60,000 bases of DNA, taken from Schmidtea polychroa. Its lineage: Eukaryota. The position numbers were made by a program, and so were the translations under genes. Numbering within the stretch: position 1 is the first letter of the stretch; the number at the start of each line of letters is the position of its first letter. Below, one piece after another: positions 12,501 through 25,016 of the stretch. The notes beneath the pieces were generated by a model, which searched no databases, was not told the origin of the DNA, and saw only the letters and a list, made by a program, of their open reading frames with translations. The DNA lies in assembly GCA_044892525.1 (NCBI GenBank), contig CM097885.1:19594001-19654000 (forward strand). The letters are read 5' to 3'.

Positions 12501-13430
12501 GCTCCATTCAACAATTTAAGTTTCCAAACACAAACCGAGAACTTAGGGGATTTCTGGGGATGGTAAACTTTTACCACGCTTATATATCAAATTTTATTGA
12601 ACTTGTAGCACCCCTAAACGACTTAAGAAAAACAATAGGAAACATCAAAATAAGCTGGACAGATGAAGCCACAAAAACTTCGAAAAAGCAAAATCATATT
12701 TATCCCAAGCTACATTACTCAGATATCCCAATCCTGAATTAGACTACACTCTCACAACAGACTGTTCTGGTTTAGCAATGGGCGCAACACTGTATCAAGA
12801 CAATGAATACGGTAAACAACCGATTGAGTTCTTCTCAAAGAAACTTAAAATACATCAAACAAGATATTCAACGTTTGATCGAGAAATCCTCGCAATACAT
12901 GAGGCAATGAAACATTTTAAACACCTACTGGAAGCAAGAAAATTCAAAATTTTCTCTGATGACAAGCCTCTAACAAATGCAATACAAATGAAAAACCCAT
13001 CACCTAGACAAATAAGACAATTAAATTATATATCACAATTTAATTGCACTATCAATTTTGAAGCTGGAGCAGCAAACATAGCGGCAGACACATTATTAAG
13101 AACAGAAATTGACATAAACTCAATCGAACTCGGCGAACTGAATGAAAGAGAAAAGATCAAAAACAAACAACAAGAAACACTAAAAGAACTACCAACAAAA
13201 CATAGCCTAAAATCAACGAATGCTGGTACGACGTCAGTAATGAAAACACACCAAGAATACTCTTACCAAAGGAATTCAGAAACAAGTGCATTTCAAAAAT
13301 GCATTAAATCAATCACCCAGGAAACAGAGCTACATACGAAATAATTCACAACAAATATATATGGTCAAATATGAGAAAAGAAATTAAAGATTTCACTAAG
13401 ACTTGCGAATTAACAAAACACCAAAAACGC
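9566..13430 (+). mobile_element. Decayed Ty3/Gypsy LTR-retrotransposon internal region (gag-pol), interrupted by a solo LTR and truncated in integrase
   Basis: gag-like KPIDFLRQL and EIKRILAV..LADIADKI; protease FLIDTDSVISLLP; RT WRTCGDYRMLN, FSKIDL, YMDDILI; RNase H PIEFFSKKL..YSTFDREILAI; integrase Zn-finger start HPG..YIWSNMRKEIKDF..TCE. Many stops and frameshifts. Confidence 0.93.
10029..11087 (+). mobile_element. Solo LTR inserted in the Gypsy gag
   Basis: TGTTG...CAACA termini with 4-bp TSD ATAT (10025-10028 / 11088-11091). Gag similarity resumes on both sides. Confidence 0.85.
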
Positions 13431-13518
13431 CGGTAGTCGAAAAAGCGAATTTATAGCGAAACCAGTAAAATTATAGAAGCCTCGACGAGACGTTGTTGGT
13501 TTCCCCAAATCATCAACC

Positions 13519-15042
13519 TGTCTGGGTTAGTACAAAAACCAAAAAAAGTTATATATAAAATGAAAACATAACAATTATTGATAAAATTAATAAAAGTGCC
13601 AAATTAATTAAAATCAAAAATCAATATTATCGGGTATAATTTAACGCCAAATTGATAGACGAGTTCAGAAATTAAAATTAAAATTTAATAAGGTGTACAC
13701 ATGGAAAGTTATTGTGATAAAGCAAATTAATTAAATTTAATTAATCTGTAATGGAAAACCCGAGCCAATGGGAACCCCGAGTCCATCGGAAACCCTGGCA
13801 CGGAAGGAACCCAATCCGCAATGAGCCCCGATAGATCAGGATTCCCGGGAAATAATTAATTGAAATTCTGTAGATAATTGCTTTTCTCAGAAACAGTATA
13901 AAAAAAGAGCTCAGAAACAAATAAGCCACCATTGGTTCAAAGAAAAAAAAAGCTCAGAAATCAGTTGATCAGCAACGGTCTGACTCCTTTGTGTTCTTTT
14001 TCAAAATCAAGATAACCCAACACAATAATTTCATTCAAGACCAATACAAGTACACTTTTTGATTACACTCTTTATTGAACAATTACAATCTTTAATAACT
14101 CTTTGATCTGCACTTTTCAACACTACAATAAATCTCACGTAGGAATAATCTTCCAAAGGGAGATGGCCCTTTCTGGTACGTTCGATTTTTAAATGGTTTA
14201 ATTTCTACTAACTTTAATATTTCCTTTTCCGCTCTCTTCAAACTTCTATTTTCTTTTCTTCGACCAACTGGCAATTATGTTTCTTTGCTGGTTCCTTTTA
14301 TACTTGACCCGTCAATTGATTTTAATTCGTCAAGCCCTTCGTATCCAATTTCCCGGGCTTCCTCCTATCTCTTTCTCTCATTATTCTAATTTAATTTTCG
14401 TCGGCCGATCTAATTTCCCCTTTGATCGACCATTTAGGCTCTCCCATGACGCTAGGGCTTTCTATTATCTCGGGCTTCCCATTATCTCGGGTTTTTCATT
14501 ATCTCGGGTTTCCCATTAGCTCGGGTTTCCCATTAGCTCGGGCTTCCCATTAGTTAATTAATTTTTAATTAATTTTTGTTTTTTATAATTTATTCTTTCA
14601 AGGGACCCCCCATTGATTTTATTTTATTATATTTGAACTCGTCTCATAATTTGGCATCCGCCCATACCAGTTTCCCCCGAAATTATTCAATTTTTATTTT
14701 TTTGATTATTTTAATTAATCTCTTTGTATTTTATTATTATGAATTTGGTGTTTTCATTGATTTTCACCTCAATTTTGTATCTCTTTTATTGAACCCCAAC
14801 AATAGAAAGAAATCTAGTAATTCGAAAAAAAGTTTAATCCTCGTACCAGAAAAGGTGATTGCTCCTTGGGTTATCTATCTTATCGAGTGAAAATTGTCTT
14901 GAGCGAAAGGTGCAAATAGTGACAAATTGTAATTTGATTGAAATTGAATAAAATTAGCCTGTGTTAGGTTTCGACTTATTTATTTGAATAAGAACACGAG
15001 GAGTCAGAGAGAGAACCGACTTTTAAAAATAAAAACCCAACA
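13519..15042 (+). mobile_element. Solo LTR of the same family containing an oppositely oriented related LTR piece (~13975-14820)
   Basis: TG...ACCCAACA ends with imperfect TSD AACC/CACC. ACCCGAGCCAATGGGAA repeats are forward at 13757 and reversed at 14470-14552. The insert is absent from the homologous site near 26115. Confidence 0.75.
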
Positions 15043-16102
15043 CACCGTTTAAAGTGTTACGTGAGTCTTTTAATTTTGGAAAACTTAATCAATTCATTTA
15101 AGAGTGTGGATAATTATTGATCCAGTGAATTTGTTATATTAAAGAAAATCAGCTTACAATTTGTTGTGTTTTTTGTTGTTTAATCAAAAAGAACGCTCAA
15201 TATCTGGAAACCGAATCCAACACCCAACACATCAAAAGTAAACAGTTATAGTATTTAATAGGATTCTATTTATTCAAGAAATAAAAGTCCATATTTTACA
15301 TGAGTGGTTTTAAAAATCTCTATATGATTAATCTCTAAGTCTGAGTCCATATAGTCCTATGTAAACCTTTATAGCTTCTAAATCTCGGTGTCTTACGCAT
15401 TGTGTAGTGTGCAAGGCTTTTTGTATACCTCTGTATTTTATTAATATTTAACTTTCCTAGATCTAAATAATCTCGAATAATTTCTTTTCAAATACTATTA
15501 TATAACTATTATATTAACTCTTTCAAATGTTTTAAAAATTTATTAAAATCTTCAGACATTCATACTTTTTTTCAATTTATCAAGAAGCTCTGATTAATTT
15601 TCAATGGCTCTTATTTAATTTTTGATACAATCAAATTTTTGGTAATTATAAGAAATATTGATAAAAAGTCGAAAACTAAAAAATGATAACTGAAAATAAA
15701 TTCGAAAATTGCAAATTAATAGGCAATTAAGAAAAATATCTCATGCAAAAATGAATTATAAAGAAAAAAGAAATTAATAGGTATTTTACTTAAAATCAAT
15801 TTGTTTGAATAGTTTATGTAAATATTATACTTTTTGATTAAGTTCCCATTACCGTGATCCCAAATCGCTGTATTTTAGTTCAAAGTTATTTACACATAGT
15901 AGTGATTTTACAGGCGTTCAAGATTTTTAAAGAAGAAAACGTTTATTTAAATTATGGTGAAAACAGTTTGGGAAATCATTTCTTGTTATTTTTTACTTCT
16001 TTCTTAAAAACATTTATGTTATGTAAAAAACAGGTTGTTTTAATATTCGATAATTGTAATATATAAATTTTGATTAAATAAATTTAAAAATCCTGAGCTC
16101 TA

Positions 16103-16640
16103 ATGCTTCCTATTATTCCATATTTAGCTATATTACTACCTTATTACGTCTTTATTTAGAGTAGAGCATCTACAAATTTAGTTGGTGGTATATTTGGGGT
16201 TATTACTGGATATAGATTTATAGAAGAGTTACACACTAAATTACTTTTAAAAGTTTTGCTTATGCTGCATCTACTATATCGGAAAATGAGCAACTAGAAA
16301 CCATAAGAAAAGGTTTCAAACGGTCGATGAGTAAATGTTCCTATGATAGAGACATGTGCACTATTAATCGAAACGTTCGATTAGATCAAGACAGAATAAA
16401 ATTTAATCAGGCATTTATTAGAGATGCTAATAATAAATTTAATTTAGCTGATCCTTCTTATTTGGTCAAATCTGGAATAGAAGCTATTATGGAAGATGAT
16501 GTAACAAAGAGATTTTCATCAAATGAAATGGAAGTTTTGAATTTATTAAGCCGAACTCATTCATATCAACATATAAACCATCAATTGACAATTCTATGGG
16601 TGGTTGGAATTTTACTAGATACGCCATAATGTTGCCATGT
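16103..16640 (+). pseudogene. GPAT3/4-like: 5' fragment of glycerol-3-phosphate acyltransferase 3/4 (GPAT3/GPAT4/AGPAT6-like), disrupted
   Basis: FNLADPSYLVKSGIEAIMEDDVTKRFSSNEMEVLNLLSRTHSYQHINHQLTILWVVGI..RY matches the conserved GPAT3/4 N-terminal block. Frameshifted, no catalytic domain. Confidence 0.8.
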
Positions 16641-16644
16641 TGAA

Positions 16645-16945
16645 TGCGCACTCTTCTGAAAAAAAATGATTTTGAAGACTGGATTTAATTTACGTTCGGA
16701 AGCCAATAAACCCGGTCAATTTATCGGTCAAGTCGAAGTGAATTTTCCACCATTCCAAGCTGGACTGTTAACAAATGATTTTTTCATTGAAGTAAACGAC
16801 TTCAATGTTTGACGAAAACCATCAACAAGTTGTTAAAAGAATTAAAGAAAATTCTTCATCAGTCACTCTGATGATTATCGACGCAGATGGATATAATTAT
16901 TGTAGAGCAAACAATATTGAAATTACGAAAGATGTGAAAGCCAGC
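16645..16945 (+). pseudogene. NHERF-like: NHERF-type PDZ domain fragment, frameshifted
   Basis: GFNLRSEANKPGQFIGQVE...AGLLTNDFFIEVN / ENHQQVVKRIKENSSSVTLMIIDAD. Confidence 0.8.
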
Positions 16946-19591
16946 TCTTAGAGTTCAACATAATGAAACACCACTATCTCGAACTAATTCCCACGAACCA
17001 TTAATGTTAGGTGCAACTGCAGTTACATACAGTCCTTCCAATGACAATAATTCCTCATCAGCCAAGAAGGACCAAACCACAACACACATGTAACATAATT
17101 CTATGACACGTTCTCCTGGGCTTGCACTTTTTCGGGAATTTTATTCACTAAACACAAATCTCAAATGTTCACGTTTCTTAACGGAAGTAGCAATTAGCAA
17201 CCATTTCTATTTTTACTACTACTAGTATGGTTTTTATGTATTAAAAATGAAACATTTCTTTTGTTCTTTAATTTTCATTGTTTTCATACAATTTATTAAA
17301 AATGACCACTAGATGAAATTTTTCTATTGTTAATTGAAGGGTATAACATGAAGTAACAAATGAAAGCACAAAATAGAATTAAATAAACCCTCATTTGGAC
17401 TGAATAGTAATATCAATTATTATGTAATGTTTATTTTTGTATTTTATGTCAGTAGATGAGAAATAAGGATGAATCTTTATGTAAAATTCAGTGACCGATT
17501 TTTATGAATATTTCAATTTATAGCAAACAAAGTATGCTGATTCAAACTGTAATAAAAATTAAAGTTAAAAATTATTTTTTTGTATAAATAAAAAAGCCAC
17601 CCATACTTGGATTTGAACATTCTACCAAACGACATAATCAAAAATCAAAAGTGAAATCACCCACATAACCACCAGCCTCATATGAAATAATAATAATAAT
17701 ACCACTGTATTTATTTGTAGTAAATGATTTATTCGATCAAAAATTTTCGAAATCATTTACCGATTTCAATGAAAGTTCAGACTAAAAAGGCATGCTGATT
17801 CATATTATATTAAAATAATTCACTGATACTGGGATTTGAACCCGTCACCCTACAGATGTATACGGTGTACTAGGCAACAACCTTTAAATAATTAACTGAC
17901 GCGACAATAAAAAGATAAATTTCTAAATACAAAAGTCAAACAAATAAGAAATTAAACCTCCAACATTTCAATTCATAAGGAATACTCAAACAACTGAGCT
18001 ACAACATATAAATAATATATTTAATTTAATTTTAACAACAATAAGAAGATATTATAAGAACTTTTTTCAATTTTCACCACTGATTTCTCTTCGGTTGACA
18101 TTGTATTTATTAAAAATTTTGACTATGAATCAGTAGTATTTTAATAAATACAATAAAAAGATAGAGTTTAACAACAATGCTCTATTATCATAACATTCTT
18201 TGTTTGGAAACGATGCAGTCTTTATTATTGGCTTTGATTCCTAAACTATGTTCGAATCTGTTAATATTAAAATTATTTAGCAAAATATAATGAAAATGGT
18301 ATTAAATTGGAATAAAACTCATTCGATATAGAAATGAACATCTGTTTTGAAATATGACAATAATGAAACTTAATTTCTTTCTGTAACATCATTACGAACT
18401 AATTATAACTAAGAAGCCATGATAATATATCCATTAAAAAACTGTAAATGAAGCTGAACAGAACAAATAAAATAAGTCACTTGTCATAAATAAAACTCTT
18501 CAACTGTAATTCAATACTATAATTGTCCAATTTGCTGAAATTTATATTTCGCTCTTAAGAAATCCATAGATAATGACATATGCGGGAGATGTTATAGCAG
18601 TAGATGGATAGGGCTGCTAACTCATTAACCCCCGATGAGGATTTTTTCTCTAAAATTCCTGGTATTTTTATGTTGTATCATATATTTCATAGTATCATAT
18701 GTTTCAACAGATTTGGATTGAATATGCTCTTTCTAAATTAGCTGAGAAATTTGACTGTAACATGACTTAATTTACAAAATATATATTATATGTCAGAATG
18801 CAAAACTTTTTCACAAATTTGCTGTAATTGGTTCAGACTCAATTTATATTTTATCTGTTAATTCTTTATTCAAAATTTTGACTAGGCCAAAATTACTTGG
18901 GCCATTTGGATATTTCTTTTCACCAGTTTTGATTTATAAATCTTGCCAAAATAATTTATTCTCGATTTGATATATGGACCAAATTCAATAACTCAAATAA
19001 TACTAAAATAAGAAGTGTAACATTGGAAGATCCTCTCCGATTGGTATGGAGAGGCATAAAAATAACTATATAAACCACAATTTTCCTTAGTCAAATAGCC
19101 CAAAAATTGTAAGCTAAGAAGAGTTGCAAATTCAGTAATTGATATTGCAATATAATTTCGAGCATACAAAATTATATAACCGAGCTCAGGTACTAGCAGA
19201 AGGAACATTTTATGAAAAATAAAGAAAACCATTGTATAATTTTTATAAAATGCGATTTTATTTTGTGTACATAATTGTTATTATTTAATAAAGTTTTTTG
19301 AACCAGTTATTTTCTTATTTATATAGGAAGAATCAGGTTGAGATTCCGAGAACCTCAACAATAATGTTAATAATAAATGTAATATTAATGATGATGATGC
19401 TATTTAGTAGAACTTGTTTTCTCAAATAGTATTTTCCTATAATTATGGTTCCTTATTAATTTTAATTCATAATTTTAGGGTATCAAGATAAGTTGCAAAA
19501 ATCAAATCGACTCACTCAAATAATATAAAATACATTGTATTTCCAATTTCCAGACTTAACTAGTAATTGGATGGGGGCATTTTCCTATAGT

Positions 19592-19972
19592 CAGTGGCGG
19601 AACTTCAAAATTTGGGCCCCCCGCGCAATGTAAAATAATTCCACAATAATTTTTTTTTAACAAAAATAAGTTAGATATTTATTTTATATATCATAAAAAT
19701 AATACAAAAATGAAACTAAAACTTAATGGACCTTAAATATTAAAATCTTTCCTCCTTGCCTTTATATTGGCAAAAGATTTTCGGTTAAAGTTTAATACAT
19801 AGTTATTCACAGCAGCCGCTATTCAATGATAGTTTTATGTTTGTAGGCAAATATAACTGCGGGATAAAAGTTTCAGAAAATGATTGTAAATATTTTTATA
19901 GTAATAATTTTGGGCCCCCTATAGCTGGTGGGCCCGCAACGCAGGGTGCTGCGTTCACTAGTTACGCCAATG
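19592..19972 (-). mobile_element. Non-autonomous hAT deletion derivative
   Basis: TIR CAGTGGCGGAACT / AGTTACGCCAATG with 8-bp TSD CCTATAGT/CCTATAAT. GGGCCCC subterminal motifs. Residual transposase C-terminus FANIKARRKDF* on the minus strand. Confidence 0.8.
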
Positions 19973-20637
19973 CCTATAATTAAAAGTCGAATTCAGGTAT
20001 TATGGAAGGTGGCAGTTAGGTGACATAAAAAAGATTTCAAAATAATATTCACTCTTCTCATTTATGAATTAATCACAGAATATAAAAGTAATTTTGGATA
20101 TTTAATTTTAAGTCGTATATATTTATTGTAATGATAGATAAATTAAATTCTATTTTCCTATTTGATTTTATCTTTTATTTTTTTATTTTTAACTTAAATT
20201 AATTTAATGAGAGTCGTAGTCCAACGACCAAACTTAGGTTGTAAAAGAAAACAGTAAAATGAAAACGTGCTTTGAAATAATTTTGACCATAACAGCAAAG
20301 TTATCCGACTAAAAGTGTTCGTTTCGTTCACTTGTTTTATCAAAAATTATGGGTTTAGTGTTAATAAATCAAATACAATGACTAATAAAATCGAATTCAT
20401 CCGATTGGTTAATGGATGAGAGCAACTAGTTAACAACCAATGATAAATGGAGCAGTCGCTGTGGAAATCGTAATCTATTTGTTAGAGATCATTTTCTAAT
20501 TATTGATTAGATATAATTAGACTTTTGATAGTTACACATCAACCACATTGAACTTTTGAAATCTAACCTCAAAATAATGATAATATCCAAATTCTTTAAA
20601 AAAACTATTAATATAATTTATAAAGTTCAAATGTTAA

Positions 20638-23600
20638 CAGGCCCGACGCTAGAGTATTTGGCGCCCTAGGCAAACTAAAAAAATGGCGCCTCTAGTCTAG
20701 AAACAAACCCAATAATTAAAGAAGTAAATGAAAATAAAATAACTATACTTCATTTATTTATTACACAAAAATATATATAAAAACAAAAACCATTTAAAAT
20801 TTAATTTTTCGTGCTTTTAGTTTAGCGAAATCTTCAAGCAGCAACTTCGTATCTATATCACGCGCCATTTCGTGTTCAATCGACAATATTGCTAATCCCA
20901 CAAGCCGTTCTTGTGACATTGTAGATCTTATATATGTTTTGATCTGTTTAAGCTTCGAAAAGCTTCGTTCACCGCTTGCCACAGAAACTGGTAGGGTTAA
21001 TAAAATTCGCAAAGCAACAAATATATTTGGAACGCTGTCCACTATATTATTTTTACAAATATAATTAAGTACATCTTCCGGCAATAAGTTTTTTGGAATA
21101 TGTCTAGCTATAAATATCAATTCGTTCAATAAATCTGTACCATCAATATCTTTAGAATCATCGTGCCGTAAAAAATTTTCCAGTTTAAGACAATCCTCTA
21201 ATATTTTCTTTGACGAAATATATTGCAAATTATGTATGTTGTATAGAAATCCAAATGTTGAATTTATCGTTGACATTTGGGTGAATCTTTGCTCAACAGA
21301 TTTTAAAGCTCTATCCAAAACTGCGAAGTAAAAGCTGATCTTAAATTTTTCTTTTGGGTTCTGAATGGGCTCATCGTTGGCTTCATATTCGAACTGTTTT
21401 TTTTGTTTTCTGATACGCTGAGTTTGTTTAAAGATTGGGGAAATTTCTGATTCTTCAGCAAGTTCTCGCGCATCTACCAATATTCTTTCAAAACCTTCAT
21501 CATTTCGGGAGTTGAATAGAAATTTTTTGGTATCTTCTAGTAGCTTCATAGCATCTTGAATATTAATTTTCTCAGATTGAAGTTGTTTGCTTGTAATATT
21601 TATGTTGAAAAGAATATCATACCAGATAATAACAGAAACTACAAACTCGAAATTCGAAATAGCTTTAGCAAGGCCCTGTGCTTCTATACGTGAAGTATTA
21701 CCAGAAACTCCTGTTTGAGAAGTATCTTGAAAAATATCAATAAGTGCAGCAATAACTTTACTTAGCTGATAGCGTAGAGGTTTAAGGGCATCGATTCGGC
21801 TCTCCCATCTTGTATCGCTCAATGGCTTCACTGTCAAGTTTGAAGCATGACGTTTTAAAACTTCCCATCGACGTGTTGAAGCGGCAAAATAGACATATAT
21901 TCGTTGCACTAACATAAAAAATGATGTAGCATCTAAACAACAGCTTACAGCGTCATTAACAACCAGATTCAAAGAATGCGCAGAACAAGGAACAAATAGT
22001 GCTCGTGGATTTAGATTCAGAATTCGCCGTTGCACGCCATTTTCTTTGCCTTTCATATTGCTACCATTATCGTATCCTTGGCCACGCAAGTTCTCAATAG
22101 GTAATGACATATCTGCTAACATCTGAACGATTTCATCGGTCATACCAGCACCAGTTGTATCTGTTAGTTTCACAAATCCCAAAAAATGTTCTCTTATGCA
22201 TATGGGATCTAAATCACAATTTTCTGTATTTGTATGGACAAAACGAATAATCAACGTCATTTGTTCAGTATGGCTAACGTCTGGTGTGCAATCCAGGATT
22301 ATTGAAAAATATTTAGCAATGGAAATCGATTTTAAAATTTTTGTTTTAATACTCTTAGATAAAAGTTGTATTAACTCATTCTGAATATCTTTTCCCAAAT
22401 AATGAACTTGTGTTTCATTGTTCTTTATTCTGCGAAGATGCTCACCCATAATTGGATCAAAAGAGGCCAAATATTCTACAAAGCTAAGGAAGTTTCCATT
22501 TCCAGGAGAATACAATTTTTCATTGCTTCCGCGAAATGCAATATTTTGCGTAGCAAGCACTTTAACTAGACCTATAAGACGCTCTAAGACTTGTTGCCAG
22601 TGTCTCTCTTCTTGTTTTATGAGACGCAAATTATCCTGGTCAATAGTTTTATTCTTTTTTAAACGCAATTCTAGCTCCTTCCAAGTTTGAAAATTAATTA
22701 AATGATCCTTATTTTTCTCATGTCTTTCTAAAATTACAGACATATTTTTCCAATCGCTTGATCCTTTATCGGAGAGATGTATTACACGCTGGTTATTATT
22801 AAAAATTTTGCAACAAAAGCAGAAAGCCGAATTAGTTGTTTTGGAATACTGTAGCCAATGACGCCGCATTTCTTCTCCATTTGCAAGTCTCCTTCTATAA
22901 AAATTCATTGAAAATTTTCTATGGCTCTCATTTTGAGGAAAATCAAATTCTTCAATTTGTTCTGGTCCGTGTTCAACCAAAATTTGCCTCAAACGGCCAG
23001 AACGTAAGTCATGTGAATTTAACCAAGTTGCCGGATCACTATAATCAAGACTCGAATTTACGCTTTCTAATATTTCCAAAGTTTCATTAATTAAAATTTC
23101 TTCAGTGTCTTCTATAGTTTCTAATACAATTTCTTCTATAGGTTCTTCAACAGTTTCTTCAATTGTTTCAACTTCAGTTTCTTCTATAGTTTCTTCCACA
23201 TTCGTATGTGGAAACTCAGTCAAAATAGGCACCTCTGCATTTCTAGTTGTAGAGTTCCTATCCATTTGCTCTTCCAAATTGCAGTATACTTGTTTTCTCG
23301 GAGTCATTTCATTTCGATTTTTATCTTGTGATTGTTGACGACAAATATATTTCAGAAAAGCACCTTCTTGCTTTTTTTCTTCATTTTTCTTTTCAGCTTT
23401 ACGTTTTCTATTTTGTGCGCCAGATAATTTTTTTCTATCTGCCATTATGCTACCTCAAGTAAAAATTAATAGAATATAATAGATTTAATAATAGGTGTAG
23501 AAAAATCCAATATAAATTAAATTACTGTGTTGTATATATGTAAAAATTATACTGGAAGTACGACCGAAATTATATATACTTTAAATAAAAAAAATTTGAG

Positions 23601-23920
23601 CCCTGCACTAATTAAATTTTATTTTTTTTTCACTTTCTGTTTATTTATTTTTTAACTTTTTTAACATTTACTTTAGTCTTTTAAAACTTTACTGCATGTG
23701 ACTTTATTCTTTTAAAATAAAACTAAAAATTATTGCGTAATTTAAAAAAATTTCAGAGCATGCTATATGCTAAATTTTTTTTAAAACCGCTTTCCAGTTA
23801 ACTTTTTTGAACTTGCAAAATATTTTTTTAAATCGATTTTCCGTTGTATTTTTTTAAATTTTAAAAGAAATAAGTAATCGGTATCGGACTAAAACAACGA
23901 TGGAATTACATGTTTTACGT

Positions 23921-23957
<37 letters not shown>

Positions 23958-24107
23958 AATTCATACATATGTATATATCAATATAAAGATAGAAAGTTTA
24001 TAAAATATTTAATTTACTTGATAAAAAAAGCAGAACTATTTGGCGCCCGCTTGTAAATCGGCGCCCTAGGCTGCTGCCGACGTCGCCTATGCCTAAAACC
24101 GGGCCTG
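20638..24107 (-). mobile_element. Full-length hAT DNA transposon (Tip100/ZMYM1-like group), apparently autonomous
   Basis: TIR CAGGCCCG / CGGGCCTG, perfect 8-bp TSD AATGTTAA (20630-20637 / 24108-24115), GGCGCCC(TAGG) subterminal repeats at both ends, and an intact ORF. Confidence 0.95.
20794..23445 (-). CDS. hAT transposase, 883 aa (TTF-type zinc finger, DUF4371-like region, hAT dimerisation domain)
   Basis: WLQYS...AFCFCC, LDCTPDVSH (D), YDNGSNM (D), CSAHSLNL (CxxH), TRWESR and SVASGERSFSKLK (E). Confidence 0.95.
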   Translation of the reverse strand: MADRKKLSGAQNRKRKAEKKNEEKKQEGAFLKYICRQQSQDKNRNEMTPRKQVYCNLEEQMDRNSTTRNAEVPILTEFPHTNVEETIEETEVETIEETVEEPIEEIVLETIEDTEEILINETLEILESVNSSLDYSDPATWLNSHDLRSGRLRQILVEHGPEQIEEFDFPQNESHRKFSMNFYRRRLANGEEMRRHWLQYSKTTNSAFCFCCKIFNNNQRVIHLSDKGSSDWKNMSVILERHEKNKDHLINFQTWKELELRLKKNKTIDQDNLRLIKQEERHWQQVLERLIGLVKVLATQNIAFRGSNEKLYSPGNGNFLSFVEYLASFDPIMGEHLRRIKNNETQVHYLGKDIQNELIQLLSKSIKTKILKSISIAKYFSIILDCTPDVSHTEQMTLIIRFVHTNTENCDLDPICIREHFLGFVKLTDTTGAGMTDEIVQMLADMSLPIENLRGQGYDNGSNMKGKENGVQRRILNLNPRALFVPCSAHSLNLVVNDAVSCCLDATSFFMLVQRIYVYFAASTRRWEVLKRHASNLTVKPLSDTRWESRIDALKPLRYQLSKVIAALIDIFQDTSQTGVSGNTSRIEAQGLAKAISNFEFVVSVIIWYDILFNINITSKQLQSEKINIQDAMKLLEDTKKFLFNSRNDEGFERILVDARELAEESEISPIFKQTQRIRKQKKQFEYEANDEPIQNPKEKFKISFYFAVLDRALKSVEQRFTQMSTINSTFGFLYNIHNLQYISSKKILEDCLKLENFLRHDDSKDIDGTDLLNELIFIARHIPKNLLPEDVLNYICKNNIVDSVPNIFVALRILLTLPVSVASGERSFSKLKQIKTYIRSTMSQERLVGLAILSIEHEMARDIDTKLLLEDFAKLKARKIKF

Positions 24108-24463
24108 AATGTTAATAAATACGCGAGACTATATAATTAAAATTTAATAATTAAAACTACAAAAATAGATAATTTTTGGTCGCTAACAGCCGCTTCCATT
24201 AGGAAACCTGAACATTTGACATTTTGGTTTAGCAAATAAAATTAACGAAAAAGTGCAAGCCCAAGAGAACGTGTCGTACAATTATGTTACATGTGTAAAT
24301 AACTTTGAACTAAAATACAGTGATTTGGGATCACGTCAATGGGAACTTAATCAAAAATTTTAATATTTACATAAACTATTCAAACAAATTGATTTTAAGT
24401 AAAATACATATTTTTTCTTATTTTATAAATAATTCATTTTGCTTCATACATTTTACTTAATTA

Positions 24464-24690
24464 CCGTATATTTCGGCGTATAAGGTGACCGTCAGATAAG
24501 ACGAGGTACAAAATTAGAGCAAATTTTTATGATTTATCATATATCGGTTGTAGTAGTATAAATACAACTAGTATAAATACAACTACCTGTACTGTACTAC
24601 TTTCTTTTATATCGGTTGTATAAAACGACCCACAATTTTCAAGGGTGATTTTTTGACTTTAAGGGTCGTCTTATACGCCGAAATATACGG
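24464..24690. mobile_element. MITE of the Tc1/mariner (Tc2/pogo-like) type
   Basis: TIR CCGTATATTTCGGCGTATAAG / CTTATACGCCGAAATATACGG flanked by TA on both sides. Confidence 0.88.
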
Positions 24691-25016
24691 TACCTATTAA
24701 TTTGCAATTTTCGAATTTATTTTCAGTTATCATTTTTTATTTTTCGACTTTTTATCAATATTTCTTATAATTACCAAAAATTTGATTGTATCGAAAATAT
24801 TTGTGTTAAATAGAAAAAACATGGTTTTATAGTCGAAAACACAATGAAATTCTAAATAACAAAATAAGACTCATTGAAAATTAATCAGAGCTTCTTCTTG
24901 ATAAATTGAAAAAAATTATCAATGTCTTTGAAGATTTTATTAAAACATTTGAAAGAGTTGTTTATTTTAGATTATATTAAAGTGTTTAGAAAGAAATTAT
25001 TCGAGATTATTTAGAT

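Larger units (their letters stand above)
13448..17215 (+). repeat. Left copy of an old inverted duplication (partner 24160-26190)
   Basis: 13448-13518, 15047-15897 and 17084-17215 align colinearly, with scattered mismatches, to the reverse complement of 24160-26190 once insertions are removed. Confidence 0.85.

Noticed and set aside
17596..17860. tRNA-like B-box words (GGGTTCAAATCCCAG on the minus strand, two degenerate copies)
   Set aside because: No cloverleaf or A-box could be built. At most these are SINE or repeat debris.
18000..19232. Possible decayed 7TM/GPCR-like sequence on the minus strand
   Set aside because: Only scattered hydrophobic fragments with many stops and no diagnostic motif I can defend.
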